NCBI GenBank assembly: GCA_963737905.1
Contig: CAVTUQ010000026.1
Span: 239,176-303,175, forward strand
DNA: 64,000 nt
Direction: 5' to 3'
From: an uncultured delta proteobacterium
Lineage (GTDB): Bacteria; Desulfobacterota; Binatia; UBA9968
This document shows positions 41,556 to 51,071 of the stretch, in pieces; the first letter of the stretch is position 1; each line of letters starts with the position of its first letter. The notes below the pieces were generated by a model, which saw nothing but the letters and a program-made list of their open reading frames with translations, was not told the DNA's origin and did no database searches. A program made the position numbers and the translations under genes.

Positions 41556-41942
41556 ATGAAGATCGACAGCATCGACCACGTAGTTTTCACGGTCAAAGAC
41601 ATTAACGCAACCTGTGAGTTCTATTCGAAGGTGCTTGGAATGGAAATCGTTACCTTTGGGCAGGGCAGGAAAGCTCTGGCCTTCGGCTCACAGAAGATCA
41701 ATCTGCAACAATTTGGGCGCGAGAGCACTCTGATAGCGGAAAAGCCTACACCCGGTTCGGCCGACGTTTGCTTTGTTACTTCCGTTCCCATCTCCGATGT
41801 GATCGCGCAGCTGAATTCATGCGGCGTGCGCCTTATCGGGGGCCCGGTGAAAAGAGACGGGGCAAGGGGATCGATGATGTCGGTGTATTTCCGTGACCCC
41901 GACCTGAATCTGGTCGAAGTCTCCAACTACGAGAGCTCTTAG
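41556..41942 (+). CDS. VOC/glyoxalase family protein (YaeR-like)
   Basis: IDHVVFTV, FGSQKINL, PTPGSADVCF, SVYFRDPDLNLVE. Confidence 0.92.
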   Translation: MKIDSIDHVVFTVKDINATCEFYSKVLGMEIVTFGQGRKALAFGSQKINLQQFGRESTLIAEKPTPGSADVCFVTSVPISDVIAQLNSCGVRLIGGPVKRDGARGSMMSVYFRDPDLNLVEVSNYESS

Positions 41943-41955
41943 GAATCGATGTGAG

Positions 41956-41999
41956 GGTGTAGCAAATTTGATTCAGGGATGAATCAAATTTGCTACACC
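41956..41999. repeat. Perfect 20-bp inverted repeat
   Basis: GGTGTAGCAAATTTGATTCA-GGGA-TGAATCAAATTTGCTACACC. Confidence 0.85.
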
Positions 42000-42091
42000 T
42001 CTGCTTTCATCGGCCTGCGCGGCTCGATTCCCATCGTAAAAATCTTCCATAATTACAATATTTTTTCTTATTCATGCTGCTCCAGCAAAAG

Positions 42092-42107
42092 TGGTATATC
42101 GCTTGCT
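42092..42107 (+). promoter_or_regulatory. Putative sigma-54 -24/-12 promoter
   Basis: TGGTATATCGCTTGCT (GG-N10-GC) preceded by an AT-rich tract. Confidence 0.5.
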
Positions 42108-42310
42108 GAGGAGTTGTTGCGAGTTCTTACTAAGCCCTAAACCGGTCGTAACACGTAACCACTCAAAACTCCTGCTCGAATAGTGGGAACGGGTGGGGCT
42201 AGGATTTGAACTTCTTGAACGGTTTGAACTACCTGAACTATAGGGTCTGGAGTCGAGTTGCTTGACTCAGGTTTAGATCGGCGATCTCAGATTTGCGAAG
42301 GGAGAGCCTG

Positions 42311-43306
42311 ATGCAAACTCAAAAATCGAAAATAGTTAATCTCGCCATCGCACTATTCGCGATGGTTCGACCTTGGCCCCATCTCGCCGAGGCGCAGCAA
42401 CAGAAAAAGATTCCGCGGGTTGGGTTCTTGATCGCGAGCACTGCTTCTGCTCAAGAGCCTCGACTTGAAGCATTCAAGAGTGGGTTACGCGATCTCGGCT
42501 ATGTTGAGGGACGGAACATCGCTATTGACGTCCGATCTGGCGATGGCAAACCTGAGCGACTCCCTATCGCCGCGGCTGAGCTCGTTAGCCTGCAGGTCGA
42601 AGTCATCGTCTCGGGAGGACCGACATCTACTCGCGCAGCGAAACAAGCGACGAACAAGATACCTATTGTCATGACACTGGAGGGGGATCCAGTCGGCGAT
42701 GGCCTCGTGGCCAGCCTAGCGCGACCGGGAGGAAACATTACCGGGTTATCCACCCTAGGCCCGGAATTGAGCGGAAAACGACTGGAGCTTCTCAAGGAAA
42801 TTATTCCGAAGGTCTCCCGCGTGGCTGTGTTCCATTCGGCTGACACGCGCAATGTTCCCCAGTCGAACGAAATCGACGTCGCGGCGGTTGCGTTAGGTAT
42901 ACAGCTACAGAAACTGGAACTGCGAAGTCCCAAAGATATTGAGACCGCGTTCCAGGCGATGACGAAGGGACGTGCCGGCGCGGCTCTCGCGCAGTCGGCC
43001 GCCGTACTCCTCTCTCAGCGGACCCGAGTGGCAGAGCTCGCGATTCAAAACCGGCTTGCGGTGATGTTTCCCAGAAAAGAATTCGTAGAAGCGGGTGGCC
43101 TTGTCGTCTACGCGGCGAGTACCGCCGATCTGTCCCGCCGCGCAGCAACCTTCGTCGATAAAATCCTTAAAGGTGCCAAACCCGCAGACCTTCCAGTGGA
43201 ACAGCCGACGAAGTTCGAGTTCGTGATCAATCTCAAAACGGCGAAGCAGATCGGATTAACAATTCCGCCCAACGTCTTGGCGAGAGCGGACAAAGTCATT
43301 CGATGA
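42311..43306 (+). CDS. ABC_sub_bind-type substrate-binding protein
   Basis: GLRDLGYVEG, DPV-x-x-GLVASLARPGGNITG, KRLELLKE, KPADLPVEQPTKFE. Confidence 0.92.
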   Translation: MQTQKSKIVNLAIALFAMVRPWPHLAEAQQQKKIPRVGFLIASTASAQEPRLEAFKSGLRDLGYVEGRNIAIDVRSGDGKPERLPIAAAELVSLQVEVIVSGGPTSTRAAKQATNKIPIVMTLEGDPVGDGLVASLARPGGNITGLSTLGPELSGKRLELLKEIIPKVSRVAVFHSADTRNVPQSNEIDVAAVALGIQLQKLELRSPKDIETAFQAMTKGRAGAALAQSAAVLLSQRTRVAELAIQNRLAVMFPRKEFVEAGGLVVYAASTADLSRRAATFVDKILKGAKPADLPVEQPTKFEFVINLKTAKQIGLTIPPNVLARADKVIR

Positions 43307-43347
43307 GACAAAACAAAGGCAAAAATATAGTGGAGGAGGGGAAAGGC

Positions 43348-44325
43348 ATGAATAAAAAGATCATCAACGGGGTGTTCTTAGCTTTTTGGCTCGCGATGGT
43401 GTCTCTCGCGCAGGCCCAGCAAGCGGGGAAAATGCCCCGGGTCGGCTATGTTTCGACCGTGGGCAGTCCCGATGCCAACTTTGAGGAATTGCGCCATGGG
43501 CTGCGCGATCTCGGCTATGTCGAGGGAAAGAACATCGCGTTTGAGTATCGTGCTGCTCAAGGCAAAGCCGAGCTGATCCCCGCCTTCATCGCCGAGCTGG
43601 TGCAGATGAAAGTCGATCTGCTTTTCTGTTCAAACCTGCCTGCGATACACGCTGCGAAGGAAGCAACCAAGACGATTCCCATCGTCATGATCTCCAACGT
43701 CGACCCCGTCGAGCTGGGACTCGTCGAAAGCTTTGCACGGCCCGGCGGAAATATCACAGGGATGACTTTGCAGTCGCTGGAGCTGAGCGGAAAAAGATTG
43801 GAACTACTTAAGGAGACGTTTCCCAAGCTTAATCGTGTAGCGTTAGTTTGGAACATGGGCGATCAGAGCATGAATCTGATTACCAAACAGGTGCAAGCCG
43901 CCGCGCCGCCGCTCGGCGTGACGATCCAACCGTCCGGGGTGCGCGACCCGAGTGATCTCGACAGCGCCTTCGCTAAGCTCACGCAGACGCCCCCGGACGC
44001 GCTGTTTTCCGTCGCGGATCGGCTGATCACCTCGCAGAGAAAAAAGATTCTGGAGTTTGCGGTCAAGAACAAGATTCCCACTATGTTCGATGCGCAAGCA
44101 GCCGTCGAAGCCGGCGCCCTCATGTCATACGGCCCCAGCCGAGCCGAAGTTACGCGCCGGGCCGCAGTTTTCGTCGACAAGATTCTCAAAGGCACCAAGC
44201 CCGCCGACCTCCCGGTTGAGCAGCCGACGAAATTCGAGCTCATCATCAATCTGAAGACCGCCAAGCAGATCGGCCTGACGGTTCCACCTAATGTGCTGGC
44301 GCGGGCAGATCGGGTGATTCGATGA
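43348..44325 (+). CDS. ABC_sub_bind-type substrate-binding protein
   Basis: Same family motifs; GGAGG upstream of ATG 43348. Confidence 0.92.
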   Translation: MNKKIINGVFLAFWLAMVSLAQAQQAGKMPRVGYVSTVGSPDANFEELRHGLRDLGYVEGKNIAFEYRAAQGKAELIPAFIAELVQMKVDLLFCSNLPAIHAAKEATKTIPIVMISNVDPVELGLVESFARPGGNITGMTLQSLELSGKRLELLKETFPKLNRVALVWNMGDQSMNLITKQVQAAAPPLGVTIQPSGVRDPSDLDSAFAKLTQTPPDALFSVADRLITSQRKKILEFAVKNKIPTMFDAQAAVEAGALMSYGPSRAEVTRRAAVFVDKILKGTKPADLPVEQPTKFELIINLKTAKQIGLTVPPNVLARADRVIR

Positions 44326-44407
44326 GGGGTGAAAAGTGAGGGGTAAGGCGTCAGGGGTTAGGTCGGCCGAAGGGACGAGGAATTCTTGATGGGTAATAAG
44401 AAAACTC

Positions 44408-44812
44408 TTAGCGTTCCCTGGCGAGATCAATGATACCTCTGCGAAAACGGATGGTGAGCTTGAAGAATCTAAAAAAGTTAAGTCCGAGGAGTCCGTCGAC
44501 GCCGCTTTCTGGAGGCAGGTCATGGCACAGAACGTCGAGATTGGCGACCTTTTGGCCAATCGCAGTGGCGGAACGCACGGTGGTGCGGGGCGCATACTCG
44601 ATGCCGCTACCGGTGACGATCCGCTGGCGAGCGAGCGCAGGGTTGGCTGGGTCGTATCCGAGCCGCCCGATTACGTCGGTAGCTAAGATGGTCATGCTCG
44701 CCCCTGTGTCGAGCACAACCGGGATAACCAGCGACGAACGGCCGTCGGCGGCTTCGAGAAGAAGATCAATGACAATGGATGAGACGGCCGGATCAAAAAC
44801 CACCCGGGGCAT
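44408..44812 (-). CDS. Retropepsin-like (clan AA) aspartic protease
   Basis: VLDTGASMT and DGLLGLNFF motifs. Confidence 0.88.
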   Translation of the reverse strand: MPRVVFDPAVSSIVIDLLLEAADGRSSLVIPVVLDTGASMTILATDVIGRLGYDPANPALARQRIVTGSGIEYAPRTTVRSATAIGQKVANLDVLCHDLPPESGVDGLLGLNFFRFFKLTIRFRRGIIDLARER

Positions 44813-45042
44813 TAGAAAATGACCCCGGTATCGGGAGGAAGAGTGCCGGTAAAATGGATGCAGAGATTGCCAGTATGTTTTTTAAGGGCGCGATGTATTT
44901 CGTCGCGATCTTTGCTGTGTGCAATCACCCGCCCCTTGCGAAGAGTGGTTGATGCGTCCAATTCGTAATCTTCGAGGAGAAGCCATTGATTAGGATACTT
45001 GGTTTTAATCTTTTCTTTTGTCAATAAAGGTCTTTTGGCCAT
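44812..45042 (-). CDS. Small DUF5678-like protein
   Basis: KYPNQWLL...GRVIAHSKDRDEI; TAATG overlap with the protease gene. Confidence 0.7.
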   Translation of the reverse strand: MAKRPLLTKEKIKTKYPNQWLLLEDYELDASTTLRKGRVIAHSKDRDEIHRALKKHTGNLCIHFTGTLPPDTGVIF

Positions 45043-45144
45043 GAAAAGAGTCTCCTACAACCGGCCCGCTAATCTAAGTCGTGTGTAGTTTCGCGATCAA
45101 CCTTTTCCGGATCGGATTATAGCGCCTCCATTGAGGGAAAGTCT

Positions 45145-46167
45145 ATGAACAGACAAACGGTGGTCCTAACTATATGCGCTCTGCTCTTTGCGCTATGCGT
45201 TCCTGCTGATGCGCAGCAAACAAAAGTCCCGCGGATAGGGTATCTTTCGCGAGGAGACAAACCCACAGCGACAACGCCAGACCTCAAGGCCGAGGCATTT
45301 CGGCAAGGATTACGCGATCTCGGTTACATTGACGGGCAGAACATACATCTTGAGTTTCGCTATGCGGAGGGAAAAGGTGAACGTTTCCCAGACTTTTTGT
45401 CTGAACTCATGCAACTCAAGGTAGATGTCCTTGTCTCTGGTACAATACAGGCGATCCGCGTAGCCAAAGAGGCGACCAAGACGATTCCCATTGTCATCGT
45501 GACCCAAGGAGATCCCGTCGAGTCTGGGCTTGTTGAGAGCCTGGCGCGCCCCGGGGGAAATATCACTGGGCTCACCAGATTTACCCGAGAACTAAACGGA
45601 AAGCGGCTGGAATTGCTGAAGGAAGCGGTTCCAGGGATGTCACGCGTCGGAGTGCTTGGGGATGCGAGTGCTGCGACAACTGCCAGAACGTTTAAAGAGT
45701 ACGATATTGTGGCGCGAGCACTAAAGATACAGTTTCAATCACTAGAAGTGGGGGATCCGAAGCACGATTTGGACCGAGCATTTCAAGTTGCAGCCAAAGC
45801 GCGCGCGAATGGCCTCTTAACAGTTTCTAGTCCGATGCTAGATCGTTCTAGAAAACAGATTGCGGACCTTGCGATAAAGAATCGACTGCCTTCAATGAAC
45901 GAAGAGAGCCATTGGGTCGAGGCCGGTGGTCTCTTATCATATGCAGCCAACGATGCCGAGAATTTCCGGCGTGCTGCAGTTTACGTGGACAAAATACTCA
46001 AAGGTGCAAAGCCCGGAGAGTTACCAGTCGAGCAGCCGATGAAGTTTGAGTTCCTGATTAATCTGAAGACCGCTAAGGCGCTTGGCCTGACCATTCCACC
46101 CAACGTTCTCGTGCGTGCTAATAAGGTTATTAAGCCGAATTGTGATTGTCGTTCGGGACGAGCTTAA
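45145..46167 (+). CDS. ABC_sub_bind-type substrate-binding protein
   Basis: FRQGLRDLGY, SLARPGGNITG, PVEQPMKFE. Confidence 0.92.
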   Translation: MNRQTVVLTICALLFALCVPADAQQTKVPRIGYLSRGDKPTATTPDLKAEAFRQGLRDLGYIDGQNIHLEFRYAEGKGERFPDFLSELMQLKVDVLVSGTIQAIRVAKEATKTIPIVIVTQGDPVESGLVESLARPGGNITGLTRFTRELNGKRLELLKEAVPGMSRVGVLGDASAATTARTFKEYDIVARALKIQFQSLEVGDPKHDLDRAFQVAAKARANGLLTVSSPMLDRSRKQIADLAIKNRLPSMNEESHWVEAGGLLSYAANDAENFRRAAVYVDKILKGAKPGELPVEQPMKFEFLINLKTAKALGLTIPPNVLVRANKVIKPNCDCRSGRA

Positions 46168-46194
46168 TCATAGCTTAAAAACCAGGAGGGATTT

Positions 46195-46974
46195 ATGCGC
46201 AGGATCATATGGACGGTTGTTTTCTCAGTCGCGGTCTTTATGCCGCGCTTTTTATTGGCGCAGTCGTCGATCAGCGAGGAGCTCGCACCGACTGGGAAAT
46301 TGCGCGTCGCGATGAACGCTTCGACTCCGGCGTTGCTGACACGCACTACCGACGGAAAGGTCATTGGCGGCGTCGCTTTCGAAGTTGGGACGTTCATTGC
46401 GCAGAAGCTTGGCGTTCCCGTTGAACTGGTCCCGTATGCTGATTCGAGAGCACACGCGCAGAGCTTCGATAAGAGCGAATGGGATATCAGCTTCGGACCT
46501 CAAAATCCGGCGCTGGCGGATAAGGCCGTCTTTGTCGTCCCTGTGGTGTTGAGTGAGTTTTGGTTCGTTGCCGCACCGGGACGCGAGTTTGCGAACGCCT
46601 CCCAAGTCGACCGGCCCGGAGTCAAAATCGGCGTCGGTGCAGGCAGCACAGCCGACCGGTTCCTCAGAACCAATGTTAAGTCAGCCGAGCTCGTTCATGT
46701 GGTGGGCGGCGGAGTCGAGGCACTGCGCAGCGGCAAAGCGGACGTGTGGGCGGCGAGTGCCAGCAATGTTCAACAAGTAGCCCGCAACCTGCCTAAGGCA
46801 ACGATCGTTCCTGGTGCGTTCATGAGCGATCGCTCTATGCTCGCTGTTCCCAAAGGTCGGTCGGCAGCGGCTCAGGCGAAGATCGCCGAAATCGCCACGG
46901 AGGCTAAGCAAGCCGGCGTGGTGCAAAAGGCGATTGAGAAACTAAACCTTACCGGCGTACGTCCTGCGCCGTGA
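46195..46974 (+). CDS. Family 3 (amino-acid type) substrate-binding protein
   Basis: ELAPTGKLRVA, VDRPGVKIGV, LRSGKAD. Confidence 0.85.
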   Translation: MRRIIWTVVFSVAVFMPRFLLAQSSISEELAPTGKLRVAMNASTPALLTRTTDGKVIGGVAFEVGTFIAQKLGVPVELVPYADSRAHAQSFDKSEWDISFGPQNPALADKAVFVVPVVLSEFWFVAAPGREFANASQVDRPGVKIGVGAGSTADRFLRTNVKSAELVHVVGGGVEALRSGKADVWAASASNVQQVARNLPKATIVPGAFMSDRSMLAVPKGRSAAAQAKIAEIATEAKQAGVVQKAIEKLNLTGVRPAP

Positions 46975-47068
46975 TGCTTCCGGGTAACTACCAGCGGCCG
47001 AGCCTCTCCATGATCCATGATGATGCACAATGGTGACGACGTGATGAACGGAAGCTAGGGTAGAGGCC

Positions 47069-48034
47069 ATGAATGCGAAAATCATTCTATCGTTACTGGT
47101 GATTGTGCTTCTGTGGCCTATGGCTTCAGCCAAAGCGCAGCAGCCGGGAAAAATCGCTCGGATTGGTTATTTAAGCTCCGCCTCTAGTCCTTCACCGGCA
47201 TTTATGCAAGGACTGCGCGATCTCGGGTATCTCGAAGGCAAGAACATTGAGGTTGTGTTTCGCACACCTGGAGGTAAGTCCGAACGGTATTCCGATCTCG
47301 CCGCTGAGTTGGTCCGTCTCAACGTTGATATCATTGTGGTGGGGGGGAACACGGCTATCCGTGCTGCCAACAAAAACACCAGCACAATCCCCATTGTCAT
47401 GCTATCTGTCGGCGACCCGGTAAGTTTAGGCCTGGTCGCCAGCCTCGCGCGGCCGGGTGGCAACATCACGGGGTTGTCTCAAATGTCCCCGGACTTGACT
47501 GGAAAACGAGTGGAGTTGCTGAAGGAAACGTTGCCCAAGGTCAAACGAGTCGCCTTTATATGGGATCCGGACAACCCGGGAATGCGGCTGAGATTCAAAG
47601 AGGCCCAAGTTGCGGCGAAAGCCGCAGGCATTGCATTGCAATCCCTTGAGGTGCGGAGATCCGACGAACTGGCGACGGCTTTCGCTGCCGCAACTAAAGA
47701 ACATGCCGAGGCACTCGTGGTGCCAGCTCCTATGGCCAGATACGAAAAACAAATCGCCGATTTTGCTGCGACAAATCGCTTGCCGTGGACCTGTGACACA
47801 ATGGAGTCAGTAGTACGGGCTGGTTGTCTCATGGCGTATGGGCCGAGTTATCCCGACTTACACCGGCGCGCCGCTGCCTACGTTGACAAGATTCTGAAGG
47901 GCACGAAGCCCGCTGACTTGCCCGTGGAACAGCCGACGAAATTTGAATTCGTGATTAATCTTAAGACCGCGAAGCAGATCGGACTGACGATTCCCCCAAA
48001 TGTGCTGGCGAGGGCAGATAGGGTAATTCGATGA
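47069..48034 (+). CDS. ABC_sub_bind-type substrate-binding protein
   Basis: GLRDLGYLEG, ASLARPGGNITG, KPADLPVEQPTKFE. Confidence 0.92.
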   Translation: MNAKIILSLLVIVLLWPMASAKAQQPGKIARIGYLSSASSPSPAFMQGLRDLGYLEGKNIEVVFRTPGGKSERYSDLAAELVRLNVDIIVVGGNTAIRAANKNTSTIPIVMLSVGDPVSLGLVASLARPGGNITGLSQMSPDLTGKRVELLKETLPKVKRVAFIWDPDNPGMRLRFKEAQVAAKAAGIALQSLEVRRSDELATAFAAATKEHAEALVVPAPMARYEKQIADFAATNRLPWTCDTMESVVRAGCLMAYGPSYPDLHRRAAAYVDKILKGTKPADLPVEQPTKFEFVINLKTAKQIGLTIPPNVLARADRVIR

Positions 48035-48145
48035 CAGAAATCAGCGGTCAGAGGTCAGTGGTCAGAAATCGGAGGGCGGATAGAGTCATAAAATAGCAGG
48101 GAGCAGGGAGCATAGAGGACTCAAAAAAAATTCAGAGACAAACCC

Positions 48146-48434
48146 ATGAACAAAATCATTTGCATTGCGCTTAGGGGGATGCTCTTCGCGCTTTGCTCGG
48201 CTGTTCAGGCGCAGCAGCCGGGCAAAGTCCCACGGATCGGATTTTTGTAGCGAAGGCTTCCCCCAACTCCGACCAATCCCGATTCTCTCGCCGAAGCATT
48301 CCGGCAAGGGTTACGAGACCTCGGTTACATTGAGGGGTAAACACATTTTGGTTGATTATCGCTATGCTGAAGAAAGTGAAGACCGCCTCAGAGCATTCGT
48401 GGCCGAACCCGTGCAAGTCATGCGCATCTGTTAG
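48146..48434 (+). pseudogene. Truncated, frameshifted ABC_sub_bind paralog
   Basis: MNKIICIALRGMLFALCSAVQAQQPGKVPRIGFL then stop; AEAFRQGLRDLGYIEG and DYRYAE in shifted frames; no C-terminal part. Confidence 0.8.
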
Positions 48435-48526
48435 ATACACGGCTCGGCGCTAGTCTGTTTCACGCTCCGGGAAAACTGAAGCGTTTGAGCAGAAGTGTTC
48501 TTTGGAATGTGTTATAAAGTCACTGT

Positions 48527-48742
48527 ATGAACCAACCGGCCAAACGCAAGAATATCACTAGCCGCATTATCCGGCCTGGAGACCCCGTTCCCGATGAGCA
48601 GTATTGGGACAACGCTACGCCCGAAGAGCGGATGAACGCGGTATGGGAATTGACCCTGCTCTGCTTAGCTTGGCAACCGAACCAATCCGATGAACCAAGA
48701 CTTCAGAGATCTATTAGCAGAATTCAACGTCCGACAAGTTGA
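48527..48742 (+). CDS. Small hypothetical protein (antitoxin-like partner)
   Basis: YW-x-x-x-TPEER...RLQR motif; overlaps downstream nucleotidyltransferase gene. Confidence 0.7.
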   Translation: MNQPAKRKNITSRIIRPGDPVPDEQYWDNATPEERMNAVWELTLLCLAWQPNQSDEPRLQRSISRIQRPTS

Positions 48743-49151
48743 ATTTCTCTTGGTCGGTGCCCATGCCTTGGCCGCGCACGGCCATGTCCGCGCGACCCAA
48801 GACCTCGATGTTTGGGTGCGCCCATCCCCAGAAAACGCAAAGCGAGTCATTGAAGCCATCCGCGCCTTCGGAGCCCCGTTGCATGACCTAACGGAGAAAG
48901 ACCTTTCGACGCCCGGCCTCATTTTCCAGATCGGGGTGGAACCCATACGCATCGATGTCTTGACCGTGATCGACGGTGTTCAGTTCGAAGAAGCTTGGGC
49001 AGACCGGATGATTTCGAAATTCGCCGATCAACCGGTCGCTGTGCTCTCCAGAGAGCACTTGATTAAGAACAAGCTCGTGGCCGCGAGGACGCAAGATTTG
49101 GCCGACGTCGAAGCGTTGAAAAGCAAAGGCCGAGCACAAAGTAAAACCTAG
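48690..49151 (+). CDS. Nucleotidyltransferase-fold protein (DUF6036-like)
   Basis: LVGAHALAAHG...RATQDLDVWV, RIDVL, LIKNK...RTQDLADVEAL. Confidence 0.85.
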   Translation: MNQDFRDLLAEFNVRQVEFLLVGAHALAAHGHVRATQDLDVWVRPSPENAKRVIEAIRAFGAPLHDLTEKDLSTPGLIFQIGVEPIRIDVLTVIDGVQFEEAWADRMISKFADQPVAVLSREHLIKNKLVAARTQDLADVEALKSKGRAQSKT

Positions 49152-49278
49152 CCAAAAAATTTCCTTTCCTTATTTCTGGCACTTAATTTTGATGCTGTAC
49201 CGGGCGGGCGGCCAAAGTCGTTAAGCAATAGAAAACTTCCGGCTGAAATCTGCTGAAGGAGAATCACCGCTTCGAGCT

Positions 49279-50262
49279 TTATGGCTTTAGCACTTCCGGA
49301 TTGTGCAGGTTGACGGGTTTACCGTCGATGAAGTTCAGAATATTCATCAACGCTTCCTCGTAGCGCTCGCGAAGAACTTCTACGGTTGCGTAACCGCGGT
49401 GGGAGAGGAGGATGGCGTTGTCGAAACGGCGCAGCGGGTGGTCCATTGGCAGCGGTTCGATGTCGAAGACGTCGAGACCGACACCGCCTAAGCGACCGGT
49501 TTCGAGTGCTTTGATCATGGCGGTTTCCGATATGATGGGTCCGCGGGCGGTGTTTACCAGCAGCGCGCCCGGTTTCATCATGGCTAGTTCTTTGTCCCCG
49601 ATCATGCCGCGGGTATTGGCATTTAGCGGCACGTGGATGGTCACGATGTCGGATTCTTTAAGCAAAGTCTCCATAGGAACACATTCCGCTCCGATCTGTC
49701 CGGCTTTTTCGGCGGTCAAGGTGCGTGCGTAGGCAAGCACGCGGGTATTGAACGCTTTAAGGATACGCGCCACTTCTTGGCCGATCCGGCCAAAGCCGAG
49801 CACACCGACGGTTTTTCCTTCGACCAGCCGACCGGCCAGCGGCGGCCAACTCTCCTCGCGCATACGCCGGTTCACTTGGGGGATTTTTCTCATGAGCGCC
49901 AGGATCAGCCCTATGGTCAGCTCTTTGGTCGATGTTCCGTTGTCGGCCGGCGTTCCCGCCACGGCGATGCCGCGCCGGGTGGCGGAAGGCAAATCGAGAT
50001 GCCTGCTGGTGCGGCCGGTTTGCGATATCAGCTTTAAGTTCGGCAATCGGCTGTAGTCATTGTCACTGAAGTAGGTGCGTTCACGCATAAGAAGTAGCGC
50101 ATCCATCTCTTTAAGCTTTGCCTCGATTTTCACCGGCGAATCCAGCCGTTCTCGAAGGATCGTCATATCGGCCCGTGCCTTGAGTTTTTCATAGGCTGGG
50201 ACGGTTTCGGCCAACTTCTCGAAATCATCTAGAATAGCGACGCGAAAGCGCTTATCAGTCAT
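49279..50262 (-). CDS. D-2-hydroxyacid dehydrogenase family protein
   Basis: VAILDD, MRERT, GVLGFGRIG, LVNTARG, LDVFDIEP, H-x-GY. Confidence 0.92.
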   Translation of the reverse strand: MTDKRFRVAILDDFEKLAETVPAYEKLKARADMTILRERLDSPVKIEAKLKEMDALLLMRERTYFSDNDYSRLPNLKLISQTGRTSRHLDLPSATRRGIAVAGTPADNGTSTKELTIGLILALMRKIPQVNRRMREESWPPLAGRLVEGKTVGVLGFGRIGQEVARILKAFNTRVLAYARTLTAEKAGQIGAECVPMETLLKESDIVTIHVPLNANTRGMIGDKELAMMKPGALLVNTARGPIISETAMIKALETGRLGGVGLDVFDIEPLPMDHPLRRFDNAILLSHRGYATVEVLRERYEEALMNILNFIDGKPVNLHNPEVLKP

Positions 50263-50281
50263 GGTTTGATCCTTCATCGAA

Positions 50282-50962
50282 CTATAGGGTCGCTGTTACT
50301 TCGATCTCGCATAACTTCCCTTCGGACGAATATCCGTCCACGAAGGAGTATTCCATCGCGGGGATTTTAGCCGCGACTCGTGCGCTGAAAAGCTCCTTCA
50401 GGGTTTCCAGTCTTTGGCTTCTGTGGAGAAAGAAGGAGACTTTCACGACTTGGTCCCAGGAACTGCCCGCGCTTTTAAGCGAATCTTCGATGCGCGGTAG
50501 AATGTTGTCCAATTGTTCGTCGAGAGTAGCGAGCACGGCGGTTACCCCGGAAAGAACAACCACTGAATCATAGCTCAGATAGCGGAGCGGCACGATGGGC
50601 GGGTCGTACTCTTTCAAAAACTTTTCGGTGTCCGAACGGGAGGGCCGCATGGCGAGGAGATCAATGGCCACCTTTGCGTTCGAGTCGAAGTGAACCGGCG
50701 CGATGTAGCTCGAACTCGCCGAGCGTGCTTTCCCGGAAAGAATTTTAACTCGTTCGTTGCTGCCATGGTCGCGGCTTTCCCGGTCGCGCCCCCAAAGCCT
50801 TGAACGAACCGTGTTAGCCAGGGACAATCCGTGGACGCGCAATTCTTGATCGAAGCGTTGAAAGAGATCACGCGCCTCTTCAGTCGCTGCTGAAGCCGTC
50901 CTTGCTTCACCGGATAGCTCTACGAACTCTTTTCCCAGCCATGAGAAGATTCTTTTGCGCAT
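50282..50962 (-). CDS. Two-domain RidA/YjgF-like protein
   Basis: GLSLANTVRSRLW and AGSSWDQVVKVSFFL...CEIEVTA repeats of the Rid fold. Confidence 0.7.
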   Translation of the reverse strand: MRKRIFSWLGKEFVELSGEARTASAATEEARDLFQRFDQELRVHGLSLANTVRSRLWGRDRESRDHGSNERVKILSGKARSASSSYIAPVHFDSNAKVAIDLLAMRPSRSDTEKFLKEYDPPIVPLRYLSYDSVVVLSGVTAVLATLDEQLDNILPRIEDSLKSAGSSWDQVVKVSFFLHRSQRLETLKELFSARVAAKIPAMEYSFVDGYSSEGKLCEIEVTATL

Positions 50963-51071
50963 GATGCACCTCGCGATTTCAAAGCTTTGCTCAATCTGGC
51001 GGCGATCTTACCTCAGTGGTTTGTGGCGATCAACGCGAAATCTTACTTCAAATGCTAGCGGAAGATAAGGC

